DNA of 64,000 bases. Source: Mobula hypostoma. Taxonomy: Eukaryota. The position numbers and the translations under genes are program-made. Below the pieces are notes generated by a model. That model had not been told where the DNA came from. It was given only the letters and a program-made list of their open reading frames with translations, and did no database searches. How positions within the stretch are numbered: position 1 is the first letter of the stretch; every line of letters begins with the position of its first letter. Below, in pieces: positions 23,150 to 36,518 of this stretch. The DNA lies in NCBI RefSeq assembly GCF_963921235.1, contig NC_086097.1, positions 118,794,001 to 118,858,000 on the forward strand, in the 5' to 3' direction.

Positions 23150-23655
23150 CGATGTAGAGCTCTCTTGTCTGCCACAGTGCAGTTTCCATACCACACAGTA
23201 ATGCACATGTTCAGATGCTCTCAACAGCGCATCTGCAGGATGATGTGAGTATTGATGTGCATAGTCCATTTCTCTTGAGCTTCATAAGAAACTAAAGGCA
23301 ATGGAGAGCTTTCCTGATTGTGTAGGATGTGTTCTGGGACCATGAGAGGTTCTGTGAGTAGTCCACTCCCAGGAGTTTGAAACTGCTCACAGTTTCCACT
23401 GCTATGCCTGCCAACGTGAAGAGGAGTTTGAGTTGTGCAAGTTTTTCTGAAGTCAATAACCATCTCCTTTGTCTATTTGCCTGTACCAGGTCTCGAGCAC
23501 TATCACCTCCTCTATGTAGGCTGTCTCATCATTGTTGGTGATGAGACTCACCGTTGCTGTGTCCTTGGCAACTTTTATGATGTGATGCTTGGATGTTTGG
23601 CTGTGAAGTCATGTGTGGACAGAGTGTACTGCAGTGGGCTCAGCACATAGCCCTC
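23150..23655 (-). mobile_element. Rex1-like RT C-terminal fragment
   Basis: VLSPLQYTLSTHD motif near 23610-23648; ORF 23221-23463 begins MVIDFRK. Confidence 0.75.
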
Positions 23656-24381
23656 CATTGAACTTTCAGTGACTCCATTATAGACATTCCATTAAAGGTT
23701 ACATTAGAAACACTTGCCAGACAGCCCCTCAGTTACTTTAGTCGTCTTTACATGTAACCAGGGGTGGTAGCAGAGGCCGATACATTAGGGGCATTTAAGA
23801 AACTCTTAGATAGGCATATGGATGATAGAAAAACTGGAAAGCTACTTAGGAAGAAAGAGTTAGATTAATCTTAGAGTAGGTTAAAGGTCAGCACAACATT
23901 GTGGGCCAAATGGCCTGCACTGTGCTGTAATGTTGCACGTTTCATGTCTGGTTGTAAGGGCCATTTGACTATGGTAGTCACAAAAATGACTAAAGTAAAG
24001 ATGAACAATTAAACAACAGAGTAACTCCTTTCTGTTCACACCCTTTGGATAGATTAACTCAAAGTTAGAAGGCCTGAGATCTAGTGTGGGAATTGCGTAA
24101 CCAGATGTAGATGAAGATCTCATAGCGTGTTTGCAGCTTGAAATAAAAGCAAGTCGTCAAGCGGTGATAATAACTGCCAGCTATTGTGGGGCAAGCAGAA
24201 TAAGAGGTAACTTGGCAGAAAAATTCTATTTAAAGAAAATACTGAAAAGTCACCTTCTTAATTAATTTATATGAGATATGAAGGTCCCAAATGTTCCAAA
24301 GTTGAAAATTCAAAGTAAAATTTATTATCAAAGTATAAACATGTCACCATATACAACACTGAGATTCTTTTTTTTTCTTTT

Positions 24382-25024
24382 TGTATGGGGTCTTTTCTTT
24401 GTATGTTAAATTTAAAATGGCTTCTTTGTTATGTTAATCTTTTAAACTGCTGCGTATGTGGATTAAAATGGCTTCTATGTTATGTTAAATGCTGAGAAAG
24501 TCTCTAGCTAGAAATTTGCTTGGGTTAATACAGACAGCAGGGTGCTATTAGCCAGTGGGTGTTCATGTTATTATTTCTTGCGGTGATAATGCTGTCTCAT
24601 ATGACTGGGAACGGGGGTGTTTGGCGGGGAGTTGGAGGAGAGACGGGGAGGACGGCGGACGTGCGGGAAGGCTCCGGTCAATCACTCCGGGTGGTCCTGA
24701 GCCGTGAGTTGACAGGGTCCGGGTGGTCCCGAAGAACTTCCTGAGCTCCAACTGCTTGTGCACGAAGAACTTGAACTTTGATAAGTCTGGCCCCGTCTTT
24801 TTCCATTCCTTCTTTTTCTGTATTGAACTTATATTAATTTCATAGACTTAGTAATATCTATAAAGTGTACTTGATAAAACGTACTGTGTGTGCTGGCTGA
24901 TGATTGATGTTCGGGACTGATTCGGGTGGCAGTGGTACAGCAACCGACCCAACTGGAGGCATCCAGGTGGGTGCTGGGTGGGATTTCCCCTAATATATAT
25001 GAGCCAATATAGCGGAGCTTTACA
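24382..25024 (+). mobile_element. Probable solo LTR (643 bp) inserted in a T-run of a LINE tail
   Basis: TGTA...TACA termini with T-runs on both sides; interrupts the reverse-strand shared tail (catatacaacactgagattc ... ttttctgtggacat); internal repeats of aaaatggcttct. Confidence 0.65.
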
Positions 25025-25209
25025 TTTTTTCTGTGGACATTTCTAGAAAATCAAGAGAAGGAACATGGTGCACACAGGCAGCAACTATCTAGGAGCAATC
25101 ATGCACAGAAGGAGGACCCAGAGGCTGGAACTCAGAGAAGACTGCAACCCATCCAAGTGAACCTGGTCAATTATTCTTGGACCAGTAGTATAAATCCAAG
25201 TTGTATGAT

Positions 25210-26400
25210 ATGGTATCGTAGTGGTTAGCACAACACTTTACGACACAAAATGGAAGATTAGGATTTGATTCCCACTGTAGTCTGTAAGGAGTTTGTACCC
25301 TATGACAATGTGGGTTTCCTCTTCAGAAGTTTTCAGATGACTCTGCCATAGTTGGATGCATCAGCAAGGGAGATGAGGCTGAGTACAGGGCTACGGTAGG
25401 AAACTTTGTCACATGGTGTGAGCAGAATTATCTGCAGCTTAATGTGAAAAGACTAAGGAGCTGGTGGTAGACCTGAGGAGAGCTAAGGTACCGGTGACCC
25501 CTGTTTCCATCCAGGGGGTCAGTCTGGACATGGTGGAGGATTACAAATACCTGGGGATACGAATTGACAATAAACTGGACTGGTCAAAGAACACAGAGGC
25601 TGTCTACAAGAAGGGACAGAGCCGTCTCTATTTCCCGAAGAGACTGAGGTCCTTTAACATCTGCCGGACGATGCTGAGGATGTTCTACGAGTCTGTAGTG
25701 GCTAGTGCTATCATGTTTACTATTGTGTGCTGGGGCAGCAGGCTGCGAGTAGCAGACACCAACAGAATCAACAAACTCATTCGTAAGGCCAGTGATGTTG
25801 TGGGGATGGAACTGGACTCTCTGGCGGTGGTGTCTGAAAAAGGGATGCTGTTCAAGTTGCATGCCATCTTGGTCAATGTCTCCCATCCACTACATAATGT
25901 ACTGGGTGGGCACAGGAGTAATTCAGCCAGAGACTCATTCCACCGAGATCCAGCACAGAGCGTGATAGGAAGTCATTCCTGCCTGTAGCCATCAAACTTT
26001 ACAACTCCTCCCTTGGAGGGTCAGACACCCTCAGCCGATAGGCTGGTCCTGGACTTATTTCATAATTTACTGGCATAATTTACATATTAGTATTTAACTA
26101 TTTATGGTTCTAATACTATTTATTATTCATGGTACAACTGTAACGAAAAACCAATTTCCCCCGAGATCAATAAAGTATGACTATGACTATGACTATGACT
26201 CTGGGTGCTCCAGTTTCCTCCCACATTCCAAAGACATGCGGTTTTAGTTAGAGAGTGGTGGGTATGCACTGTTGGTGCTGGAAGCATGACAACACCTGTG
26301 GGCTGCACCCAGTATAATCCTTGCTGATTTAATTTAATGCAAACAATGCATTTCACTGTATATTTTGATATACACATGGCAAATAAACCTAATGTTTAAT
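25210..26400 (+). mobile_element. tRNA-type SINE split by the Rex1-like insertion
   Basis: A-box-like cgtagtggttagc, B-box-like gatttgattccc, core ctgtaaggagtttgtac...gggtgctccagtttcctcccacattcc; related copies at about 27860-28040 (+), 33690-33905 (-), 59705-60035 (-) and 61257-61550 (-). Confidence 0.7.
25325..26200 (+). mobile_element. 5'-truncated Rex1/Babar-like LINE inserted into a SINE
   Basis: QKFSDDSAIVG motif; ORF 25464-25988; AATAAA followed by a (TATGAC)4 tail at 26176-26199; flanks (tgggtttcct | ctgggtgctccagtttcctccc) rejoin as a SINE body. Confidence 0.9.
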
Positions 26401-28139
26401 GTTTTCCATTATGTTATGGTTTAATAAATTGAATGAAAAGGTAGTATGGTGAGTTAAATGTGGTCATTAAGAGTCACAATGATAAATTGAATACCTGTAT
26501 TTAAGACATTTTATTCTTCATTAAGGATCCTCACCACCCAGGACACGTCTTCTTCACACTGTTACCATCGGAAAGAAGGTACAGAAGCCTGAGGGCACAC
26601 AATCAGCAATTCAGCAACAACTTCTTCCCCTCTGACATCCGATTTCTAAATGGACATTGAAACCATGAACACTATCTCACTACTTTTATATTTCTGATTT
26701 TTGCACTACTCATTTTAACTGAACTCTTTAATAGACATATATATAATGTAATTCAGTGTTTTTCTCTGTATTTATTTATCTTGTATTTCATTATACTGCT
26801 GCCGTAAATTTAACAAATGCAAGATGGTGAGCAGCCAAGACTCATACAACACTCAGCCACGAGCTGTAAGTGGCATGTTACATTTATGCATGAGTATGTG
26901 GTCAAGGACCACGTATGCCATAATGATTTAAAAGGGAAGCTCACAGACCTCTGTCTAAAATGCATGCAGTGTAGCAGTTATGGTAATGCTATTACAGCAT
27001 CAGTGACCCAGGTTCAATTCCACCCCCCACATTCCAAAGACAAATGGGTCAATAGGTTAATTGATCACATGAGTGTATTTGGGTGGTGCAGGCTTATTGG
27101 GCTGGAAAGGCTGTATCTCTAAATATAAAAAAAATATAAATACAGAATCCTTGACAGAAAGATCCCAGAATTAACAGACAACCCACAATTTTCACACACG
27201 CATGTAGGAGGTTAAATCTTTGTTTCCTGCCCTATAATTCTTGAATTAGATAATGATAAAGGCTGTGGAATCCGTGCACCATGATATCTTCAGAAGTGCT
27301 TATTTACAGAATTGCTTACACTGGCCTTTCATTTAGCAGGTTCACTTTAATTCAAAACATTAGTTGCCTTGGTAACACCCCCTCCCCTGGTACACACAAA
27401 TCTTCTGTTCTTCATAACATGATTAATTGGACAGCGATGTATGTAAATGCTGGTTTAATCAGCATTGCAAAGTCACTGGAATACTCACCGTGATATATTG
27501 ATTGTCCTTTTTTTATTTATACTGAAGACCTTCTCAACATTTATAAGGACAGCAATTTGTGCCACTTTGAATCTGCTCATGAAAAGGAAATGAGTTACTC
27601 CCTCCTTAAGTATTTGAATTCTATTCAAAGTGATGCCTACATTATGCTTTCTGACAGTGAGTTCCAGCACTTTGAACCAGTTGCAATGAAAAATGATGGC
27701 ATAATTCCAAGCCAGTGCAGAGTGTGATTTTGAGTAGCATTTGCATTTGGTGACCATCACAAACATTGCTGATATTCTTTTGCTGTTCAGGGTCACCACT
27801 TTAGTTTATAAGCAGATCATTTTTTAAGAAAAAAGGATTTTTTAGTTAATAAACTCACCAGACGGGTGGCACGGTAGTGTTGCGGTTTGCGTAACATTTT
27901 ACAATGCTAGCGATCACTGATTGACGTTCAATTCCACTATTGTCTGTATGAAGTTTGTACTTTCCTCCATGACTGCATGGGTTTCCTTTGGGTGCTCCTG
28001 TTTTCTCCGAGGTTCCAAAAGACATACTGATTAGGGTTAGAATTGCAGGGGGATGGGAACAAAAGGGCAGGCCTGTTAGCAGAGAGGTTGTGGAGGCAGA
28101 TTTTGGTAAGACCTCAGACAAAGTTAGGAATCAAAAGGT

Positions 28140-28875
28140 TAAGCGTGGTGCGACTAGTGTCTTCTGTACCTCCTACCTCCTACCTGAAGGTAGCAGTGAG
28201 AAAAGGGCATGCCCTGGGTGCTGGGGGTCCTTAATAATGGACACTGCCTTTTTGAGACATCACTCCTTGAAGATGTCCTGCGTACTTTTTAGGCTAGTGC
28301 CCAAGTTGGAGCTGACTAAATTTATGACCCTCTGTAGCTTCTTTTGGTCCAGTGCAGAAGCCTCCCGCCCCCACCACACCCCCCATACCAGACAGTGATG
28401 CAGCCTGTCAAAGTGCTCTCTACGGTATATCTATGGAAGTTTTGAGTGTTTTTGTTGCCATACCAAATCTCGCCAAATTCCTAATGAGAGGAAGTCATTG
28501 TTTTGCCTTCTTTATAGCTGCATCGATATGTTGGGACCAGGTTAGGTCATCAGAGATCTTGACACCCAGGAACTTGAATCTGCTCACTCTCTCCACTTCT
28601 GATCCCTCTATGAGGATTGTTACGTCTTCCTTTATCTTACTCTTGCTGAAGTCCACAATCAGCTCTTTCGTCTTACTGACATCGAGTGCAAGGTTGTTGC
28701 TATAACACCACACCATTAGTTGGTATATTTCACTCCTGTACGTCCTCTCACCTCCATCTGAGATTCTACCAACAATGGTTGTATCATGAGCAAATTTATA
28801 GCTGGTATTTGAGCTATACCTAGTTATACAGTCATGGGTATAGAGAGTAGAGCAATGGGCTAAGCACACACCTTG
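28140..28875 (-). mobile_element. Rex1-like RT fragment
   Basis: QGVCL..TLYTHDC..YKFAHDTTIVG..SKTKELIVDF..FKFLGV.ISDDLTWS in ORF 28495-28959. Confidence 0.88.
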
Positions 28876-28877
28876 AG

Positions 28878-29335
28878 ATGAATGGCTTGTCATGTGAAGA
28901 GCGTTTAATGGCTCTGGGCCTGTATTTGCGAGAATTGAGAAGAAGGGGGGTGACCTCATTGAAACCTATCAAATGATGAAAGGCCTTGATAGAGTGGATG
29001 TGGCAAGGATGTTTTCTATGGTGGGGAAGTTTAAAACCAGAGGACACATCGTCAGAATAGACGGGTGTTCTTTGAGAGCGGAGATGAGGAGGAATTTCTT
29101 TAGCCAGAGGGTGGCGAATCTGTGGAATTCAATGCCACAGGCAGCTGTGGAGGCCAAGTCTTTATATATATTTAAGGCAGAGTTTGATAGGTCAGGGAAT
29201 GAAGTGATACGGGGAGAAGGCAGGAAATTGGGGCTGAGAGGAAAATTGGATCAGCCATGATAAAATGGTGGAGCAGACTCGATGGGCCAAACGTTCTAAT
29301 TCTGCTCCTATATCTTATGGTCTTATGGTCTTATA
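28878..29335 (+). mobile_element. CR1 LINE 3' fragment, head-to-head with the Rex1-like fragment
   Basis: ORF 28973-29260 TRGH..NFFSQRVANLWNS; (tcttatgg)n tail at about 29312-29335. Confidence 0.88.
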
Positions 29336-29984
29336 ATAAGTTGTGGATATGCTATGTTGACAGCAGAAGCACTCTGACACTTGTGGTCTGCGCCCAGCAC
29401 TTCTTCGGGCTGTGTTGGTCATTGATGCAAACAATATATTTAATGCTTAAGTTTGATGCTTTAGTGTACTTGTGACAAATATGCTAATCTTTAAAAAATA
29501 TCTCTGAACTTAAATACATTTATAATTCACAACTGCACAATATCTTTAAGAATTGGTTATATTTTGTGGCATATGTTAATGCACTCCAATACTCTTTAGT
29601 TGATAATTCACTTCCCTCAATGAACAAAGTTCTGTTGGTGTCACCATTTCCTTTACCTTTTTGAAAGCCACCTGCCCAATTATCATCAGCACATACCTGT
29701 AGCGTCTGAAGTCCCAACACAGTGGACCACAATTATACTAAGATAAGAAATGCTTCTGTTTCATGCCCTGGCTACATTTCGGTAAATCTGATCACTTGGC
29801 TGTCCCTCTCATTCATGCATACAGGTAGAGGCCTAAGAGCAAACGATCTATAGGTAAAGACAACAGAGGGGTGGGTGTGGGAGGCAGAGGAGAGGCTATG
29901 GGATCGCTCTGGTTGGTACACTGTGGCCTCACCTGTGGGTCTGAATGAATACAACATGCTTGTCATGGACATAATAAAACAGTT

Positions 29985-31991
29985 GTATACGAGTGTGCTG
30001 CCAGAAGATTATTCAATTTTTCCCAACTAGAAGCCCTGGATGAACTATGAGTTCCACAATCTGTTGAAAACCAGGACAGAAACATTCAAGTCTGTTGGCC
30101 AAGAAAGTTGTACGATATCCGGAAAGCCATCTCATGGGGGAAGTGGCAATTCCAGATTAAACTTGAAACAGTGAAGGATACTCAACAACTGTGTCGGGGC
30201 TTGAATGTTATCACTTCTTATAAAGTAAAATCAAGCAACATAGGCAACAATAGGGCTTTGCTTCCAGATGAGCTCAATGCCTTTTGTGCTCGATTTGATC
30301 GACAAAACATTGAGGAACTATCACAAGCTCTGGCTGCTATGATGATCCTGTGATTTCAGCCTCTGAGACTGACATGAGAGGAGCCTTCAGGAGGATGAAC
30401 CCACGAAATGCCTCCAGCCCAGACGGGGCACCTGGCCAAGTACTAAAAACTTGTGCTGGTCAACTGGCTGGAGTGTCCTCTGAGATGTTTAACCTCTCGC
30501 TTCTGCAGTCTGAAGTGCCCACTTGCTTCAAGCAGACATCACTTATACCAGTGTCTAAGAACAACTCACCTCAATGATTATCACCCAGTAGTGCTTACAT
30601 CCACAGTGATAGAGTGTGCTGAGAGTTTGGTGCCTGAGAAGCAACTGGAATCTGCTCTAGTTTGCCTACTGGAGCAATAGTTCCACGGTAATTGCCATCT
30701 CATTGGCTGTTCACGCAACCCTGGAACATCCACATAGAAAAGATGCATAGATCATCATGCTCTTTATCGACTGCAGCTTGGCATTCAGTACTATCATCCC
30801 CTCAGAACTAATCAATAAATTCCAAGACCTTGGTGTCAACATGTTCTTGTGCAATTGGATCCTAGATTTCCTCACTCATGGACCCCAGTCAGTTTGGATT
30901 GGCCAATTCCTAACAATTTTCATCAGCACAGGTGTACTACAAGGCTGTGTGCTTAGCCCCCTGTTCTATTCGCTTCATACTTATGACTGTAAGGCAAAGC
31001 TCAGTTCCAAGGTAATACTGAAGTTTGCTGTCATAGGCCGAATCAAAGGAGGTGATAAATCAGCATTAAGGAGGGAAATTGAGAATCTGGCTGAGTGGTA
31101 ACGACTTCTTACTCAATATCAGCAAAACCAAGGAGCTGATTATTGACTTGAGGAGGAGGAAACCAGAGCTTCATGAGCCAGTCATCATTGGAGGGTCAGA
31201 GGTGGAGATGGTCAGCAGCTTTATATTCCTTGATGTTGTCATTTTAGAGCACCTGTCCTGTGCCCAGAACATAGAGCACTTATGAAGAAAGCATAGCAGC
31301 ACCTCTACTTCCTTAGAATGTTGCGAAGAATCAATATGACATCTAAAACTTTGACAAACTTCTATACATGAGTGGTGGACAGTATATTGATTGTCCGCAT
31401 CACAGCCTGGTATGGAAACACCAACAACCTTGAACAGAAAATTCTACACAAAGTAGTGGGTACGGCCCAGTCCATCTTGGGTAAAACCCTCTCCACGATG
31501 GAGCACATCTACATGAAGCACTGTCACAGCAAAGCAGCATTCATCATCAGTGACCACACCACTAGGTCATGCTCTCTTCTCACTGCTGCCATCAGGAAAA
31601 AGATTCAGGAGCCTCCACACTCACACCACCAGGTTAAGGAACAATTATTACCATTCAACCATCAGGCTCTTGAACCAAAGGGGATAACTCCATTTAACTT
31701 CACTTGCCCCATCATTGAATTGTTCCCACAACATTTCAAAGACTCTTCATCTCATGTTCTCGATATTTATTGCTTTGTTATGTATTATCATTATTTCTTT
31801 GTTTTATATTTGCACAATTTGTTGTCTTTAGCACACTTGAATGCCCAAGTTGGTGAGGTATTTCATTATTATTATTATTATTATTATTATTAATATGAAT
31901 TATTATTTATTATGGTTATTTTTCCATTATGGATTTTTTGAGCATGCCTACCAGAAAATGAATCTCACAGTTGTATATAGTGATGTATATG
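29985..31991 (+). mobile_element. Degenerate Rex1-like LINE (RT region to tail)
   Basis: [57 protein letters not shown]; multiple frameshifts; tail ends in tttgaactttgaactt. Confidence 0.9.
31865..31893. repeat. (TAT)n microsatellite
   Basis: attattattattattattattattattaa. Confidence 0.9.
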
Positions 31992-32049
31992 TACTTTGAA
32001 CTTTGAACTTTGACTGCTCTATCTTTATTATTTGCCTTAGTAAGCAGCA

Positions 32050-32500
32050 ATAACATATCAGATGGTTTGTCCTTGGCTGAGTCCATACTGTACATAGATC
32101 CAATCATAAAGAAGGCACCCCAGTATCTTGACATCCTTAGGAGGGTGAGGAGATTTGTGTTGTCTCTGAGTAGTCCAGTAAACTTCCATAGACATACTAT
32201 TGAAATTATCCTGACTGGTTACGTCAGAGTCCGGTACAACAAATCAAATGCACAAGAATGCAAGAAGCTGTGGAGAGAACTCTTCCCAATACATTACGGG
32301 CACAGTCCATGCCACCATCATTTGTGTCTGCGGCATGCACTGCCTAAAGAAGACAACATCGATCATCAAAGATCACCACCATCTGGCCCATAATATTTTC
32401 TCACAGCTATCATTGGGCACGAACTACAGAAGCCTAAAGTCCCACACTACAAAGTTCAAGAGCAATAATTTTCCTTCAAACATCTACTGCTTGAACTAGC
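32050..32500 (+). mobile_element. Old Rex1-like ORF2 3' fragment
   Basis: IIKKAPQYL..LRRVRRF.LS...NFHRHTIE.IL and SIIKDHHH..NYRSLKSHTTKFK. Confidence 0.7.
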
Positions 32501-34452
32501 TGGTACAACTGTAATCACTACAACACACACAAAATGCTGAAGGAACTGAGAAGGTCAGGAGCATGAATAGATGGTCGATGTGTCAGGACAAGACCCTTTT
32601 TCAGGATTACTATTTAGAAACAGAATGACCACTTTGATCACTGTGCACTAAAATAGATTTTATGTTTGGGTCTAAACACAAGAGATTCTGCAGATGTTGG
32701 AAATCTTGAGCAATAAATTTTACACACAAAATACTGGAGGAACTCAGCAAATCAGACAGCATCAATGGAGGGCAATAAACAGTTGACGTAACTGGGTGAG
32801 TTCTTATTGGGTTTCTTTTTTGTAAAGAATGTGTCAAATTTATGTTAATTTTTGTTTGTAAATGCTGCTGCAGGTAAGTTTTTTTTCATTGCACTTGTGT
32901 ACGTGACTATAAACTTGACTTTGTGTTTGAGGAAAGGAAAGAATAGTGTATTCTATAGTAAAGTCAACTAAGCCTTTGAAAGAGAAATAATTTACAGACC
33001 TTCTTTGGTCAGGTATTGTGCAATCATGTAATGTATAGACTGCAAAATGAAAAAATTCTAATGAAACAGCAATACTGCATGAATACAGGCTCACTGGCCT
33101 ATGTAGTCCATGTTGACCATGGTATCCACCCAGCCAGTTCCAATTTCCTGTATTCCACCCATATTCCTTTAAACCCACAGGACGTTATTATATAAAGGAA
33201 CATGTAAATTGATCACTATTATAGAAACAATACTTAAAAATCTGAGTAGTTTTGGCTTAATGCATGAATCTAAGGTACAAATAGGAAACAAGCCCAGAGG
33301 AATGGTAATCACTGGGGGGTGGTCTCCTTCATCTTCATGGCTAAGTCATCTGGATATTAAATAGAACATTGAACACTACAGAATAGTAATGACCCTTCAC
33401 GCACAATGTAATGATAATTACTTAACCTACATTTTTTCTAGTTAAAAATTAAGGCAAATGATTAGTGCAGACAATGGAGAGGAGGGCGAAGTTGAGGGTT
33501 GATGTGTGAGGATACGAGGCGAAGTCTGTTCGAGGTCAAGGCATGTTTGAGGTAAAGTCAGGGTGAGGTTAGGGCATATTGGAGGTGAAGTCAGATTCTT
33601 TCACACATTAGAGATGGTTAATTAGCCATCCATTCCATTATTTGCACCAAATCAAATAAGTGAGGACTGGGCAGGGCAGCCCACAAGTGTTACCATGCTT
33701 CCAGTGCCAACATAGCATGCTCACAACTTTCTGACTCTGAACCTTTGTCTTTGGAAAGTCGGAGGAAGCTGAAGCACCCAGAGGAAATCCATGTGTTCAT
33801 GGGGAGGATGTAGGAACTCCTTAGAGACAGCTGGGGGAATTGAACCCCGATCTTACAGCTGGTGCTGTAAAGCACTTTGTTGATCACTATACTACTGAGC
33901 CACCCAATCAGTGTTATAAGAACTCCCTTATCTGCCTTAATAAGAGGCAACTCAAAATAAACTGGAGGTACCAAGTTACATGAGCTCAATGTTTCAAAGA
34001 CAAAAACACTAACATGCTTCGTAACGGTAAAGAAAAACATTCTGTAGGGTCCCATTGCTTTAGTGTTCAGTAAAACTGTCTGATCTGCAAACAGCATTGT
34101 CTTTCGCAAACCAATTCAGATCATATTTAAAATGTCAACTATCTATTCACTTCCATTGATGTTGACTGACCAGCTGTGCTCCTCCAGCATTTTGTGCACG
34201 TTGCTCAAACATATAATCCCTTTTTGTATGACAAAATGCCTTTACTAAAAGTAATCTTAAAGAAATGCTATGCTGGAAGATTTTCCCTTTATTTTACATT
34301 TAATTACTGAAAAATAAATATTTTAGATAGGTTATTGATATGCATTCATTATACTATAGACACAGAAAAATTGAAATTAATTTGTGTGTGATCATGGTAT
34401 GCATTGATCTCAGCAGCACAAGTGTATCTTGGTGAAGAAAAAACCACAAGGG

Positions 34453-34492
34453 TTTTTAGAAATTTTAGAAATTTTTAGAAATTTTTAGAAAT
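34453..34492. repeat. Tandem repeat (TTTTTAGAAA) x4
   Basis: tttttagaaattttagaaatttttagaaatttttagaaat. Confidence 0.9.
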
Positions 34493-35854
34493 CTGTGTAG
34501 CAGGTCCACCGGCATGCTATGATATTTCTTTATGTTCATCTTCTCTAAGTATGGCCAAGAAGAGATAGGAGTATATCGAATATAAGCTGAGATGTCAGTG
34601 AAACTGTTAATTACAGATTCTGGCACATTGCTGGTGGCAGTGTTATTAAATCTTCAGCCAGCCTGGATTTTGATTTGCAAATGCAAAATGACTTTTAGAT
34701 TTGGTTCTTCATTCACCTTGAATGTCATCTTGTATCGTGATCAAAACACATGGCACATTAATTATCAACTGTTCAAGAGGGCTGGGTCATTAGATCATTA
34801 AAAACAGAACAGATTTAAATGATGGATTTGGCCCTACCTGTGAAAAGTAAGAAGACTACAAGACCAACTTCAAGATACTCAAATATTAGAAAGAATGGTG
34901 TGTTATGTAACACCTTCCACATCATCAAACTCTTCTGAGATGAGATATGTTGCCATGACAGCACCCATCTGCAAATGGAAGTTCTCTGAAATAATAGTTT
35001 TGGTAGAGATGACTAGTACAGTGAGTGTTTGCTACTTTTCCCTCAAATATAGCTGTAGGATTCTTTCTTAACACACAAACTAAACACTGGGACCTCAGTT
35101 TAACCTCTGCCTGTCTAATACTGGCATACTCTCTCAGTACTGTCGTGACAGGTCAGCCTAAATGACTTGTTTTGGAGTGTGTATGGAAATTATGATTTTT
35201 TGACCCAAAAGTAATGCTACAACATGGCCAGAAGTTCAAAGGATATCATCTCTATTATATTATCAGAATAATTAATTGAACAATAGTGCAAAACAATGTC
35301 ATCAGTAATTCACTTTATAATCACCATTGATTTTAATAACATACCATGCTCAAAAATGTTCAGATATGTTGACTACAGTTTTATATCTGTATTTTAGAAT
35401 TTTTATACGTTTTTTAAAAATTTCATAGAACAAAAACAGGAACAGGACATATGGTCATGATGTTTGTGCCATCATGATACCAATTTAAACTACGTATGCT
35501 TGCAGGGTATCTATATGCCTCTATCCCCTGTCTGTCCAGGTGCCTATCTATATGCCTATTAAATGTTGCAATCATATCTTCTTCCCCTAGCAGTGTGGCC
35601 AAGGCAACTACTATGATCTATGTAAAAAAAAGTTGCTGCATAAATCTCCTTTAAACTTTCCCCCTCTCATCTTAAAGCTTGTATTTGACATTTCCACCCT
35701 GGGATAAAAGACTGTGAATATCTATCCTGTCTATGCCTGTCCTAATTTGATAAACATCTACCAGGTCAGAACTACACAAAATACTGCAAACATAACCAAC
35801 GATTTATACAGTTGCAACATGAATTCCTTATCAAATTCATACAAACCTTCACAA

Positions 35855-36518
35855 ACTCCCACAGCCCTGATGACCCTCTGATATCAGTCGACATGAGAGC
35901 ATCCTTCAGGGGGGTGAACTCAGGGAAAGCACTCAGCCCAGATGGGGGTACCTGGCCGAGAACTAAAAACCTGTGCTGATCAACTGGCTGGAGTCATCAC
36001 CAATATCTTAAACATTTCACTTCGGCATTCTGAGATAACCACCTGCTTCAAGTAGGCTTCAATTATACCGGTAATCTGGAACGTGGTAACCTGCCTGAAT
36101 GACTATCACTCAGTAGCACTTATATCCACTGTGATGAAGTGTTTTGACAGGTTAATGATGAAACACATTAACTCCTGTCTGAGAAGGGACTTGGATTTTC
36201 TCCGATTTGCCTAGTGGCACAACAGGTCCACTGCAGATGCCAGTTCATTGGCTCTTCACTCAAGCCTGGAACATCTGGACAGCAAAAGTACATACATCGG
36301 GATGCTACTTATTGATCAGAGCTCGACATTCAATACTATCATCCCCTCAAAACTAATCAATAAGCTTCAAGGCCTTGGCCTCAATACCTCCTTGTGCAAT
36401 TGGATCCTTGATCCTTTGCTTGCAGATCTCTGTATACAAACAAGAAAATGAACCTTAGGTTAGTATATGCTGATGTATATGTCCTTTGATAATTAATTTA
36501 CTTTGATTTTTGAACTTG
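35855..36518 (+). mobile_element. Rex1-like RT fragment joined to the shared tail
   Basis: [50 protein letters not shown]; jumps to the tail after about 36425. Confidence 0.8.
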
